DNA from: Blattabacterium cuenoti
GTDB taxonomy: Bacteria > Bacteroidota > Bacteroidia > Flavobacteriales > Blattabacteriaceae
Assembly: GCA_014251975.1 (NCBI GenBank)
Contig: CP059204.1
Location: forward strand, 390,001 to 422,000
Direction: 5' to 3'
DNA length: 32,000 nucleotides
The position numbers were made by a program, and so were the translations under genes. Positions 20,868-29,359 of the stretch are shown piece after piece (the stretch's first letter is position 1; each line of letters opens with the position of its first letter). The notes under the pieces were generated by a model, which saw only the letters and a program-made list of their open reading frames with translations, was not told the origin of the DNA and searched no databases.

Positions 20868-22289
20868 ATGAGTGACGAAATATATGATATTGTAATTATA
20901 GGATCTGGTCCAGGAGGTTATGTTTCAGCTATACGTTCTTCTCAACTAGGATTAAAAACAGCAATTATAGAAAAAAATAATAATTTGGGTGGTACATGTC
21001 TAAATACAGGATGTATTCCATCAAAATGTCTTTTAGATTCTACTAAATATTTTTTTTTATCTAAAAAAATATTTAAAAAACACGGAATATTTTTTAAAGA
21101 TTTATATTATGATTTTATTAAAATGATGGATAGAAAAGATAAAATTATAAATAATATAAATAATGGAATAAAATATTTAATGAAAAAAAATAAAATTGAT
21201 GTTTATAAAGGTATTGGTCAATTTAAAGGAAAAAATACATTATCTATATTAAATGAATCATCTTTTATAGAAAAAAAAAATATTAAATTTAAAAATTGTA
21301 TTATATCTACTGGATCTAAACCTCTAAAATTAGATAATATAAATTTTGAAAAAAGAATCATATCTTCTACAGAATTGTTAAATATAAAAGAAATTCCTAA
21401 TAATTTATTAATAATTGGAGGTGGAGTAATTGGAATAGAATTAGGATCTATTTTTAATAGATTAGGTACTAAAGTTAGTATAATAGATAATACGGATACT
21501 ATTATATCAAATATGGATATATCAATAATTAATGAAATAAAAAAAATATTAAATAAATATTCTATAGATATATATACATCTTTATATGTTAAATCAATTA
21601 TAAATAGTGATGACGAAGACAATGTATTATTATCATGTAAAAATAGTTTTGGTGATATTATATCTCTTAAAGGTGATTATTGTTTAGTCTCTATTGGAAG
21701 AAAACCCCAAACAAAACATCTAGATATAGATAAAATAGGTATAAAACATGATAAAAATGGATTTATAATAGTTGATAATTATTTAAAAACTACAGTAAAT
21801 AACATATACGCTATTGGAGATGTAATTGGTGGTAAAATGTTAGCACATAAAGCAGAAGAAGAAGGATTATATGTAGTTGAAAATATTATAGGTAAAAAGC
21901 CTAGTTTACCAAATTATAATATAATACCATCAATTATATATTCATATCCTGAAATAGCTAGTGTCGGATATACAGAAGATGAAGTTAAAAGAAAAAAAAT
22001 AGAATATAATAAAGGAATTTTTCCAATGAAAGCTTTGGGTAGAGCAATATCTAGTGGATGTACAGAAGGATTTTTAAAGATGATATCAAATAAAAATACA
22101 GATGAAATACTAGGAGTACATATTGTTGGAGAACATGCCTCAGAAATGATTATGGAAGCAGCAGTAGCAATGGAATTTAGAGCTTCTTCAGAAGATATAT
22201 ATAGAATTTGTCATCCACATCCAACATTTAGTGAATCATTCAAAGAATCTGCATTATTAAATTTTGAAAATAAATCTATTCATATATAA
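20868..22289 (+). CDS. lpdA: Dihydrolipoyl dehydrogenase (E3)
   Basis: 473-aa ORF with the FAD fold IIGSGPGGY, the redox disulfide GGTCLNTGCIPSK, the NAD fold IIGGGVIGIELG and the C-terminal HPHPTFSE His-Glu dyad. Confidence 0.94.
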   Translation: MSDEIYDIVIIGSGPGGYVSAIRSSQLGLKTAIIEKNNNLGGTCLNTGCIPSKCLLDSTKYFFLSKKIFKKHGIFFKDLYYDFIKMMDRKDKIINNINNGIKYLMKKNKIDVYKGIGQFKGKNTLSILNESSFIEKKNIKFKNCIISTGSKPLKLDNINFEKRIISSTELLNIKEIPNNLLIIGGGVIGIELGSIFNRLGTKVSIIDNTDTIISNMDISIINEIKKILNKYSIDIYTSLYVKSIINSDDEDNVLLSCKNSFGDIISLKGDYCLVSIGRKPQTKHLDIDKIGIKHDKNGFIIVDNYLKTTVNNIYAIGDVIGGKMLAHKAEEEGLYVVENIIGKKPSLPNYNIIPSIIYSYPEIASVGYTEDEVKRKKIEYNKGIFPMKALGRAISSGCTEGFLKMISNKNTDEILGVHIVGEHASEMIMEAAVAMEFRASSEDIYRICHPHPTFSESFKESALLNFENKSIHI

Positions 22290-22303
22290 TAAAAAAAATA
22301 AAA

Positions 22304-22850
22304 TTACCAATTTATAGTAGTTTGATTTATATTTTTTAAAAATATATTAGTTTTTAAAAAATGTTTTGAACCAAAAAAACCCATATTTGATGAAAATGGA
22401 GATGGATGAGAAGTTTTTAAAATAAAATAACTATTTTTTTTACAAATTTTATTAGGAGAAAATGAATATCCTTTTTTCACTGTTAAGATAGTATTTAACA
22501 ATAAAAATCCTTGTTTTGCCCATCTAATTAAAAATCCATTTTTAGGAATTATTTTTCTATTAAAACATGAATTAACTTCTATAAAAATCTTTCTTAAAGA
22601 AGGTGGGATATTAATACCATTGGGTACTGAAAAATAAAGTCCATCTGCTTGATTATTATTAATATAAGGATCTTGTCCTAATATTACTACTTTTAATGTT
22701 TCAAGAGGACTCTAAAAAAAAAAATATCATTTTTTTGTCAGGATAGCAAATATAATTTTTATATTCTTGTTTTAGGTTTAAAATTAATTAATTAAAGTAA
22801 GATTTATTTATTTCTTGTTTTAAAAAAAAATTCCAATTATAATTATACAT
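22304..22850 (-). pseudogene. ung: Uracil-DNA glycosylase (family 1) remnant
   Basis: Reverse-strand reading from the ATG (complement of 22848-22850) gives MYNYNWNFFLKQEINKSYFN, then an in-frame TAA (22788-22790), then LILNLKQEYKNYICYPDKKMIFFFLESS ending at TGA. Homology then continues in another frame: SPLETLKVVILGQDPY...FSVPNGINIPPSL...WAKQGFLLLNTILTV...KTSHPSPFS...GFFGSKHF...INW. About 30-36 residues are missing between LLLN and HPSP, covering the GWE.FT and FLLWG blocks. The track shows only the last 65 codons (22304-22501). Confidence 0.75.
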
Positions 22851-22851
22851 T

Positions 22852-23082
22852 TTATATATTATCAGGGACACAACAGTTTACTGGACATATAGATACACAT
22901 TGTGGTTCATCATAAAAACCTATACATTCTGTACATTTTTCTGATACAATATAATAAGTATCTTTATAATTACTACGATTTTTATTAAAATCTGATTTTT
23001 TTGACTCAAAAATCGCATTATTAGGGCATTCAGGCTCACATGCACCACAACTTATACATTCTTTTGTAATCTTTATAGACAT
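22852..23082 (-). CDS. 4Fe-4S ferredoxin (small, two-cluster type)
   Basis: 76-aa ORF with [12 protein letters not shown] and CTECIG-x7-CVSICP cysteine motifs. Confidence 0.88.
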   Translation of the reverse strand: MSIKITKECISCGACEPECPNNAIFESKKSDFNKNRSNYKDTYYIVSEKCTECIGFYDEPQCVSICPVNCCVPDNI

Positions 23083-23117
23083 TATTAATTTATAATTTTT
23101 TATTTATTTATATTTTT

Positions 23118-23846
23118 TTATGAATTCCATATTTTCCAAGATTGTTCAGCTTGTATATTAAACATTTCTAATCCATTTTTAATTATAGCACCTCTACAAA
23201 ATCCCTTTTTTAAAAAAAGTGTTTTACTAGGATTATAAATCAAATCATATAAAATATGATTTTCAGAAATATATTCATAAGGTATATTAGGACAATTATT
23301 AATTTGGGGATATGTTCCAACTGGAGTACAATTAATTATTATATTATATTCTTTTAAAATTTCATTATTAATATCTTTATATGATAAAATATCATTTTTT
23401 TTTTTTCTGGAAACAAATTTATATTTAATTCCAATTTTATTTAATACAAAAGATACTGTTTTAGATACACCACCAGTCCCTAAAATTAAACACTTTAAAT
23501 CTTTATTTTTTATGTATTTATTAATAGTTTTTTCAAATCCATAAATATCTGTATTATATCCAATTTTATTATTATTATTTATTTTTATTACATTAACTGA
23601 TCCTATATTTTTAGATTCATCAGATATTTTATCTAAAAATTTAATAATACTAATTTTATATGGTATTGTCACATTAAGACCTTTTATCATAGGATTTCTA
23701 AATAAGTCACCTACTAACTCTATTTTTGGCAAATCAAAAATTTTGTAAGTAGTATTTAAAATAGATTCTTTATTAAATTTTCTTATAAAAAAATCCATAG
23801 AAAAAGAATAACTAATATCTTTACCTATTAATCCAAAAATATTCAT
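23118..23846 (-). CDS. aroE: Shikimate 5-dehydrogenase
   Basis: 242-aa ORF with the GLNVTIPYK substrate-binding block, the NTD motif (YNTDIYGF) and an NADP Rossmann loop ILGTGGVSK. Confidence 0.85.
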   Translation of the reverse strand: MNIFGLIGKDISYSFSMDFFIRKFNKESILNTTYKIFDLPKIELVGDLFRNPMIKGLNVTIPYKISIIKFLDKISDESKNIGSVNVIKINNNNKIGYNTDIYGFEKTINKYIKNKDLKCLILGTGGVSKTVSFVLNKIGIKYKFVSRKKKNDILSYKDINNEILKEYNIIINCTPVGTYPQINNCPNIPYEYISENHILYDLIYNPSKTLFLKKGFCRGAIIKNGLEMFNIQAEQSWKIWNS

Positions 23847-23885
23847 ATAAAAAAAATCAAAATTTAAAAAATTAATTTTTACTAA

Positions 23886-24083
23886 TTATTCATTATTTTT
23901 CAATTTTATTTTTTCTCTATATTTTGCTCTTGAAATTTCATTCCTTCTATATTCAGATGGTTTTATATATTGTTGTTTTTCTCTAAATTCTTTTAGAATA
24001 CGTGTTTTATCAAATTTTTTTTTAATTTTTTTTAAAGCTTTTTCAATTGATTCCCCCTCTCTTACCGATGTGATAAGTATCAT
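23886..24083 (-). CDS. rpsU: 30S ribosomal protein S21
   Basis: 65-aa highly basic ORF. The sequence VREGESIEKALKKIKKKFDKTRILKEFREKQQYIKPSE matches the S21 pattern. Confidence 0.9.
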   Translation of the reverse strand: MILITSVREGESIEKALKKIKKKFDKTRILKEFREKQQYIKPSEYRRNEISRAKYREKIKLKNNE

Positions 24084-24112
24084 GTTTTTATAATTTAATT
24101 TTAGTTATTAAG

Positions 24113-24187
24113 TGGACACTATCGGATTTGAACCGACGACCCCTATCATGTCAAGATAGTGCTCTAAACCATCTGAGCTAAATGTCC
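24113..24187 (-). tRNA. tRNA-Val (anticodon GAC)
   Basis: The reverse complement is GGACATT-TA-GCTC-AGATGGTTTA-GAGC-A-CTATC-TTGACAT-GATAG-GGGTC-GTCGG-TTCAAAT-CCGAT-AGTGTCC-A, a 75-nt cloverleaf. Confidence 0.88.
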
Positions 24188-24252
24188 ATTTGTTTATTAT
24201 ACAAAAATAAGTATTTTTCTGTAAATGAAAATAAATTATAAGTTTTTTTTCA

Positions 24253-26337
24253 ATGTATAAAAAAAACATATTAAAAAAATCTATAAAATATTTAGATGGA
24301 TTTGGTAGTTTAAAAAGATATAAAACATTTATAAACGAATTTAATATTAATACATATGAAGATTTAATATTTTTTCCACCTAAAAAATATATAAATATTT
24401 CACTTAAAAAAATATCAAACTTGTCTAAATTAGATAAATTAGTTCAAATACTTGGATATATAAAAGATATAAAAAAAATAAAATATATAAAAAATAATAA
24501 AGAACATAAATTATTAATTTCATATCTAATTGATACAACTGGTATTATAGATTTAATTTGGTTTAATTATAAAAGTAAAATACAATTTATAAAAAATATT
24601 ATAAAATTTAATACTAAAATTGTAGTATCAGGAAAATTAAACTGGTTTCAAAATAAAGCACAAATTGTACATCCTAATATACAAAAATTTAATTCATTAA
24701 AAAATATTCATTCAATATATCCTGTTTATTCGTTGCCCCAAAAAATAAAAAAAAATGGAATTAATAATAATGTTATTATAAAATTAATAAAAAATCTTAT
24801 AAAAGAATTAAAAGAATATAATATAAAAGATTTTTTTTTTAACAGATTTATAAAAAAAAAATTAATGTTAAAAAAAGAAGCATTAATTCAACTTCACTTT
24901 CCTAAATCTTTAAAACATTTATTAAAAGCAAAATTTTCAATAAAATTTGAAATATTATTTATAATAAAACTGATTTCTTTATGTAATAATAAAATTGTAT
25001 ATAGAAAACCTTTTAAAAAATTAGGAATTTTAATACATAGTTTCTGCAAAAATTATTTACCTTTTAAATTAACTATTGATCAAAAAAAAGTATTTAGAGA
25101 AATATGGTGTGATTTAAAAAAACCTATTCAAATGAATAGATTACTACAGGGGGAAGTTGGTAGCGGTAAAACTATTATAGCTATATTAGCTATACTTTCT
25201 GCTATGGATAATGGTTTTCAATCGTGTTTAATGACACCTACAGAAGTTTTAGCAAAACAACATTATTATTTTATAAAAAAAATATTTCCAAAAATAAAAA
25301 ATAAAGTCTCTATTTTAACAAAATCAACCACAAAAATAAATAAACAAAATATTTTTAATAAAATATTAAATGGGAAAATTTTTTTATTAATAGGAACTCA
25401 TTCATTAATATATAATAAAATTAAATTTAGGAATTTAGGTCTATCTATAATAGATGAACAACAAAGATTTGGAGTAGAACAAAGAAAAAAAATATACAAA
25501 AATGATAATCATAATCCGCATTTATTAATAATGACAGCTACTCCAATACCAAGAACTTTAGCAAAAGTTTTATATAATGATGTAGATATATCTATATTAA
25601 AAAATAAACCAATAGGGCAAAAATCTATTAAAACTATTCATTTAATTAATGACAATAAAGAAAAAGCATTTAAAATAATTAAAAATCAAATTTCAAAAGG
25701 TAGACAAATATATATTGTATATCCAATAATAAAAGATTTAAAAAATAAAAGGAAAAATTTAGTTAATGGGTATAAAGAAATAAAAGAAAGATTTAAAAAA
25801 AAATATATAAGTGTTTTACATGGGAAAATGTCTACTAAAGATAAAGATACTCAAATTACTCGTTTTTTAAAAGGAGAAACTAAAATTATGGTTACTACTA
25901 CAGTTATAGAAGTAGGTATAGACATTTCAAATGTATCAGTAATTTTAATAGAAGATGCTAATCTATTTGGATTGTCTCAATTACATCAATTAAGAGGTAG
26001 AGTAGGTAGAGGACAATATAAAAGTTATTGTATTTTAATTACTAAAAAAAATATAAATACAGAAAGTTTTATAAGAATTAAAACTATATGTAAAGTAAAT
26101 ACAGGATTAGAAATTTCTAGAAAAGATCTTAAAAATAGAGGTAGTGGAGATCTATTAGGGACAAAACAAAGTGGTAAAAATTTTCTAAAAATAGTAGATT
26201 TTTTTAAAGATTATGAAATAATAAAAAAAGTTATTTATATCGCCGATAATTTTATAATAAATAATCCCAATTTTTTAAAAGAAAATAAAAATATTCTTTA
26301 TAAATATTACAAAAAATATGAAAAATTCATTTTATGA
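24253..26337 (+). CDS. recG: ATP-dependent DNA helicase RecG
   Basis: 694-aa ORF with Walker A GEVGSGKT, the DEQQRFG box, TATPIPRTL, and the QLHQLRGRVGRG motif VI. An N-terminal wedge/OB region is present. Confidence 0.92.
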   Translation: MYKKNILKKSIKYLDGFGSLKRYKTFINEFNINTYEDLIFFPPKKYINISLKKISNLSKLDKLVQILGYIKDIKKIKYIKNNKEHKLLISYLIDTTGIIDLIWFNYKSKIQFIKNIIKFNTKIVVSGKLNWFQNKAQIVHPNIQKFNSLKNIHSIYPVYSLPQKIKKNGINNNVIIKLIKNLIKELKEYNIKDFFFNRFIKKKLMLKKEALIQLHFPKSLKHLLKAKFSIKFEILFIIKLISLCNNKIVYRKPFKKLGILIHSFCKNYLPFKLTIDQKKVFREIWCDLKKPIQMNRLLQGEVGSGKTIIAILAILSAMDNGFQSCLMTPTEVLAKQHYYFIKKIFPKIKNKVSILTKSTTKINKQNIFNKILNGKIFLLIGTHSLIYNKIKFRNLGLSIIDEQQRFGVEQRKKIYKNDNHNPHLLIMTATPIPRTLAKVLYNDVDISILKNKPIGQKSIKTIHLINDNKEKAFKIIKNQISKGRQIYIVYPIIKDLKNKRKNLVNGYKEIKERFKKKYISVLHGKMSTKDKDTQITRFLKGETKIMVTTTVIEVGIDISNVSVILIEDANLFGLSQLHQLRGRVGRGQYKSYCILITKKNINTESFIRIKTICKVNTGLEISRKDLKNRGSGDLLGTKQSGKNFLKIVDFFKDYEIIKKVIYIADNFIINNPNFLKENKNILYKYYKKYEKFIL

Positions 26338-28373
26338 ATTTAAACCAAATTCAACATAAAATAGTAACTACCATAAATGGGCCAATATTAGTTGTAGCTG
26401 GAGCAGGTTCAGGTAAAACTCGTGTTATTATATATAGAATTATATATATGATTAAAAAAATGAGAATTAATCCAGAAAATATATTAGCTTTAACATTTAC
26501 AAAAAAAGCAGCTAATGAAATGAAAAGTAGATTATTTAAAATAATAAATAATCCATTAATTTTAAAAAAAATAACAATAGGTACTTTTCATTCTATATTT
26601 TCTATTATTTTAAGAAATGAGGCTCATCTACTTGGGTATAATTCAAATTATACTATTTATGATAATAAAGATTCAGATTATTTAATAAAAAAAATATTAA
26701 AAAATTTAAATATAGAAAAAGTTTTAGATTATAGAAAAATAAGAAAACAAATATCTAATTATAAAAACAATTTATTTTTTCTCAGTAAAAAAAATAATAA
26801 AAATACTTTATTTTATAAAGTTTATAAAATTTATGTTAAAAAATGCCATCAAATGAATTCATTAGATTTTGATGATATCTTATTACATACAAATTATCTA
26901 TTTTATCGTTTTCCAAATATTCTTTTAAAATATCAAAATAAATTTAAATATATTCTTGTAGATGAATATCAAGATACTAATATATCTCAGAATAACATTA
27001 TTAAAAAATTATCTAACAAATATAAAAATATATTTGTAGTTGGTGATGATGCTCAAAGTATATATTCTTTTAGAGGGGCAAAAATATCAAATATATTGAA
27101 TTTTCATTTTATATATAAAAATACTAAAATATTTCGTTTAGAACAAAATTATAGATCTACTAATTCTATCGTTAAAGCATCTAATAAAATTATTTCTTTT
27201 AATAAAAATCAAATTTACAAAAAAGTATGGACAGATAATGAAAAAGGAGAAGAAATAAAAATATATAATGCGACTTCTGATGAAGAAGAGGCAATTTATA
27301 TAGCCAATTATATATTAATGTATACAACAAAAAAAAAATTTAAATATAAAGATTTTGCAATACTTTATAGGACTAATTATCAATCTAACATTATAGAACT
27401 AATTTTAAAAGAAAAAAAAATACCATACAATATATATGGGAGTATATCCATAGAACATAGAAAAGAGATTAAAGATCTATTTTCATATCTAAAATTTATA
27501 AATAATATTAATGATGAAGTATCCCTTTTAAGAATATTAAATTCAGAAATAAAATATAAAAAAACTATAAAATCTATTATTAATATATCCAAAAAAAAAA
27601 ATATAGAAATTTATAACATTATAAATAATATAGAAAAATATGATATAAATATAAATATAAACACTGTAAAAAAATTAAAAATAATTTGTTCTTTTTTAAA
27701 AAAAATAAGATTCAATTTAAATAAATTTAATGCATACCAAATAGTAAAATATGTAATTATATTTCTTTTAAAGAAAAAAAAATATGAAAATAAAATTAAA
27801 GAAAAATTTAAATTAATACTTATTAATATATATAAATATGTTAAAAAAAAACTAAGATTTTATAATATTAATACATATTTATCAGATTTTTTACAATATT
27901 TTTATTTGGAAGATGATAATAATGAAAATGATAAAGCGAATAAAGTTTCAATTATGACTGTTCATTTATCAAAAGGATTAGAATACCCTATAGTATTTAT
28001 AACAGGATTAGAAGAAAATATATTTCCATCTAAATCTTGCATAGGTAATTCACAAATAGAGGAAGAAAGAAGATTGTTTTACGTAGCATTAACTAGGGCA
28101 AAAAAAATAGCAATATTAACATATGCAACTTCTCGTTTTTTATGGGGAAACAAAATAACTAATATACCTAGTAGATTTATTAATGAAATAAATAAATTAA
28201 TATCAATAAAATATAAAAAAAATAAATATAATAATATTTTAGGTTTAAAAATTCATCATAAAGATTTTGGTTCAGGAATAATATTGAATTGTAATAATGA
28301 TATTGCTACCATTAAATTTAATAAATTAGGAATAAAAAGAATACTACTAAGTTTAAATAAAATAATTTTTTAA
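26334..28373 (+). CDS. UvrD/PcrA/Rep-family DNA helicase
   Basis: 679-aa ORF with SF1 motifs AGAGSGKT, VDEYQDTN, GDDAQSIYSFRGA, QNYRS, MTVHLSKGLEYP and EEERRLFYVALTRA. Its start overlaps the recG stop in ATGA (26334-26337). Confidence 0.92.
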   Translation: MNLNQIQHKIVTTINGPILVVAGAGSGKTRVIIYRIIYMIKKMRINPENILALTFTKKAANEMKSRLFKIINNPLILKKITIGTFHSIFSIILRNEAHLLGYNSNYTIYDNKDSDYLIKKILKNLNIEKVLDYRKIRKQISNYKNNLFFLSKKNNKNTLFYKVYKIYVKKCHQMNSLDFDDILLHTNYLFYRFPNILLKYQNKFKYILVDEYQDTNISQNNIIKKLSNKYKNIFVVGDDAQSIYSFRGAKISNILNFHFIYKNTKIFRLEQNYRSTNSIVKASNKIISFNKNQIYKKVWTDNEKGEEIKIYNATSDEEEAIYIANYILMYTTKKKFKYKDFAILYRTNYQSNIIELILKEKKIPYNIYGSISIEHRKEIKDLFSYLKFINNINDEVSLLRILNSEIKYKKTIKSIINISKKKNIEIYNIINNIEKYDINININTVKKLKIICSFLKKIRFNLNKFNAYQIVKYVIIFLLKKKKYENKIKEKFKLILINIYKYVKKKLRFYNINTYLSDFLQYFYLEDDNNENDKANKVSIMTVHLSKGLEYPIVFITGLEENIFPSKSCIGNSQIEEERRLFYVALTRAKKIAILTYATSRFLWGNKITNIPSRFINEINKLISIKYKKNKYNNILGLKIHHKDFGSGIILNCNNDIATIKFNKLGIKRILLSLNKIIF

Positions 28374-28524
28374 TAACAATAAGTAAATATTATTTATAGT
28401 TTTATCCTACTTTAATTTTTTTAATAACTATAAAATTTTTTTTTATAGTTTTAAAAATTTAAAAAATGTTTTAATGTTTTAAGAATCATAATAATAATAA
28501 AATAAATATTTATTTTATATAACT

Positions 28525-28545
28525 TACTTGATACTTGTTACTTGA
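28525..28545. repeat. Heptad micro-repeat TACTTGN x3 in a non-coding spacer
   Basis: tacttga-tacttgt-tacttga runs contiguously. The related 10-mer taacttactt occurs at 28520-28529 and again at 28616-28625. Confidence 0.8.
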
Positions 28546-28781
28546 ATATAATAAAAAAAATATTAAAAATAATTAAATAAAATTATTTTAATATTATCAA
28601 ATTTATACATTTTTTTAACTTACTTACTTATAATTAAAAATATTACAAATATCACAAAATTAATTATAAAATATAATATAATTAAAATACGTAAAAAAAA
28701 TAAAATTAATTTAATAAAAAAAAAAGCTTTAATAAAACATTGTATTTTAATAAATAAAAAAATTTTATTATCAATTTAATC

Positions 28782-29321
28782 ATGGAATATAACACTAAAC
28801 GATTAAAATTAATTATCCCAAAGTATGGAAGAAATATTCATAAAATGATATACTATGCAATTAAAATAAGAAATAGAAAAAAAAGAAATAAATGTGCATA
28901 TGTAATTATTAAATTAATGACATATACAACAATAAATATTAAATTAAAAAGATATTTACCTTACTTTCAACATAAATTATGGAATCAATTATTAATGATG
29001 TCTAATTATAAATTAGACATAGATACGCCATATCCTAAACCTAATCCAACAAAAAAAATTTTTTTATCTAAAAAAATAATATATCCTGAATATTTAAAAA
29101 ATTTTAGATATTACGGTAAAATTATAAGATATATGATTAATATTGCTATAAAATGCAAAAATAAAAAGAAAAAGGAGGAATTATTTTATTATATAGCAAA
29201 AACAATGAAAAAAAACTATATAAAATGGAATAAAAATATAGTAGAAGATAATATAATATTTAATGATTTAAAAAAACTTTCAAAAGGAAAAATATGTTTG
29301 ACAAATAATATTAATACATAA
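28782..29321 (+). CDS. Conserved Bacteroidota protein of unknown function (DUF4290-like)
   Basis: 179-aa ORF. The N-terminus MEYNTKRLKLIIPKYGRNIHKMI...RNKCAYVII and the later HKLWNQLLMMSNYKLDIDTPYP block match my recollection of the DUF4290 family that sits upstream of murA in Flavobacteriia. The family assignment is from memory and has not been searched. Confidence 0.65.
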   Translation: MEYNTKRLKLIIPKYGRNIHKMIYYAIKIRNRKKRNKCAYVIIKLMTYTTINIKLKRYLPYFQHKLWNQLLMMSNYKLDIDTPYPKPNPTKKIFLSKKIIYPEYLKNFRYYGKIIRYMINIAIKCKNKKKKEELFYYIAKTMKKNYIKWNKNIVEDNIIFNDLKKLSKGKICLTNNINT

Positions 29322-29359
29322 TTAATTATTACATATTATTATAAAAAAAAGAAAGAATA

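Noticed and set aside
21218-21622. 134-aa ORF antisense within lpdA, plus similar antisense ORFs at 1624-1899, 2393-2620, 5310-5498, 7957-8160, 15935-16123, 17943-18143, 19627-19818, 27380-27592 and 30373-30579
   Set aside because: All are embedded antisense in strongly supported conserved genes. Their Phe/Ile/Leu/Asn-rich low-complexity translations are typical of chance open frames opposite AT-rich coding DNA.
22714-22724. Idea that slippage at the A11 tract could restore the ung reading frame
   Set aside because: Changing the tract by +2 or -1 to join the two homologous frames creates a TAG codon directly after the tract. The upstream in-frame TAA and the internal deletion would also remain. 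The true frame switch lies just downstream of the tract in the minus-strand sense, around 22700-22712.
26334-26337. Alternative genetic code (UGA read as Trp), as in some tiny symbiont genomes
   Set aside because: All conserved genes are full length under the standard code. recG terminates at a TGA exactly where homology ends, in the ATGA overlap with uvrD. Nothing suggests UGA read-through.
28374-28781. Possible replication origin in the 408-bp AT-rich spacer
   Set aside because: I found only one weak DnaA-box-like 9-mer (ttatcctac, about 28400, 7/9 match to TTATCCACA) and no cluster of boxes. dnaA is not adjacent, and AT-richness alone is uninformative in this genome.
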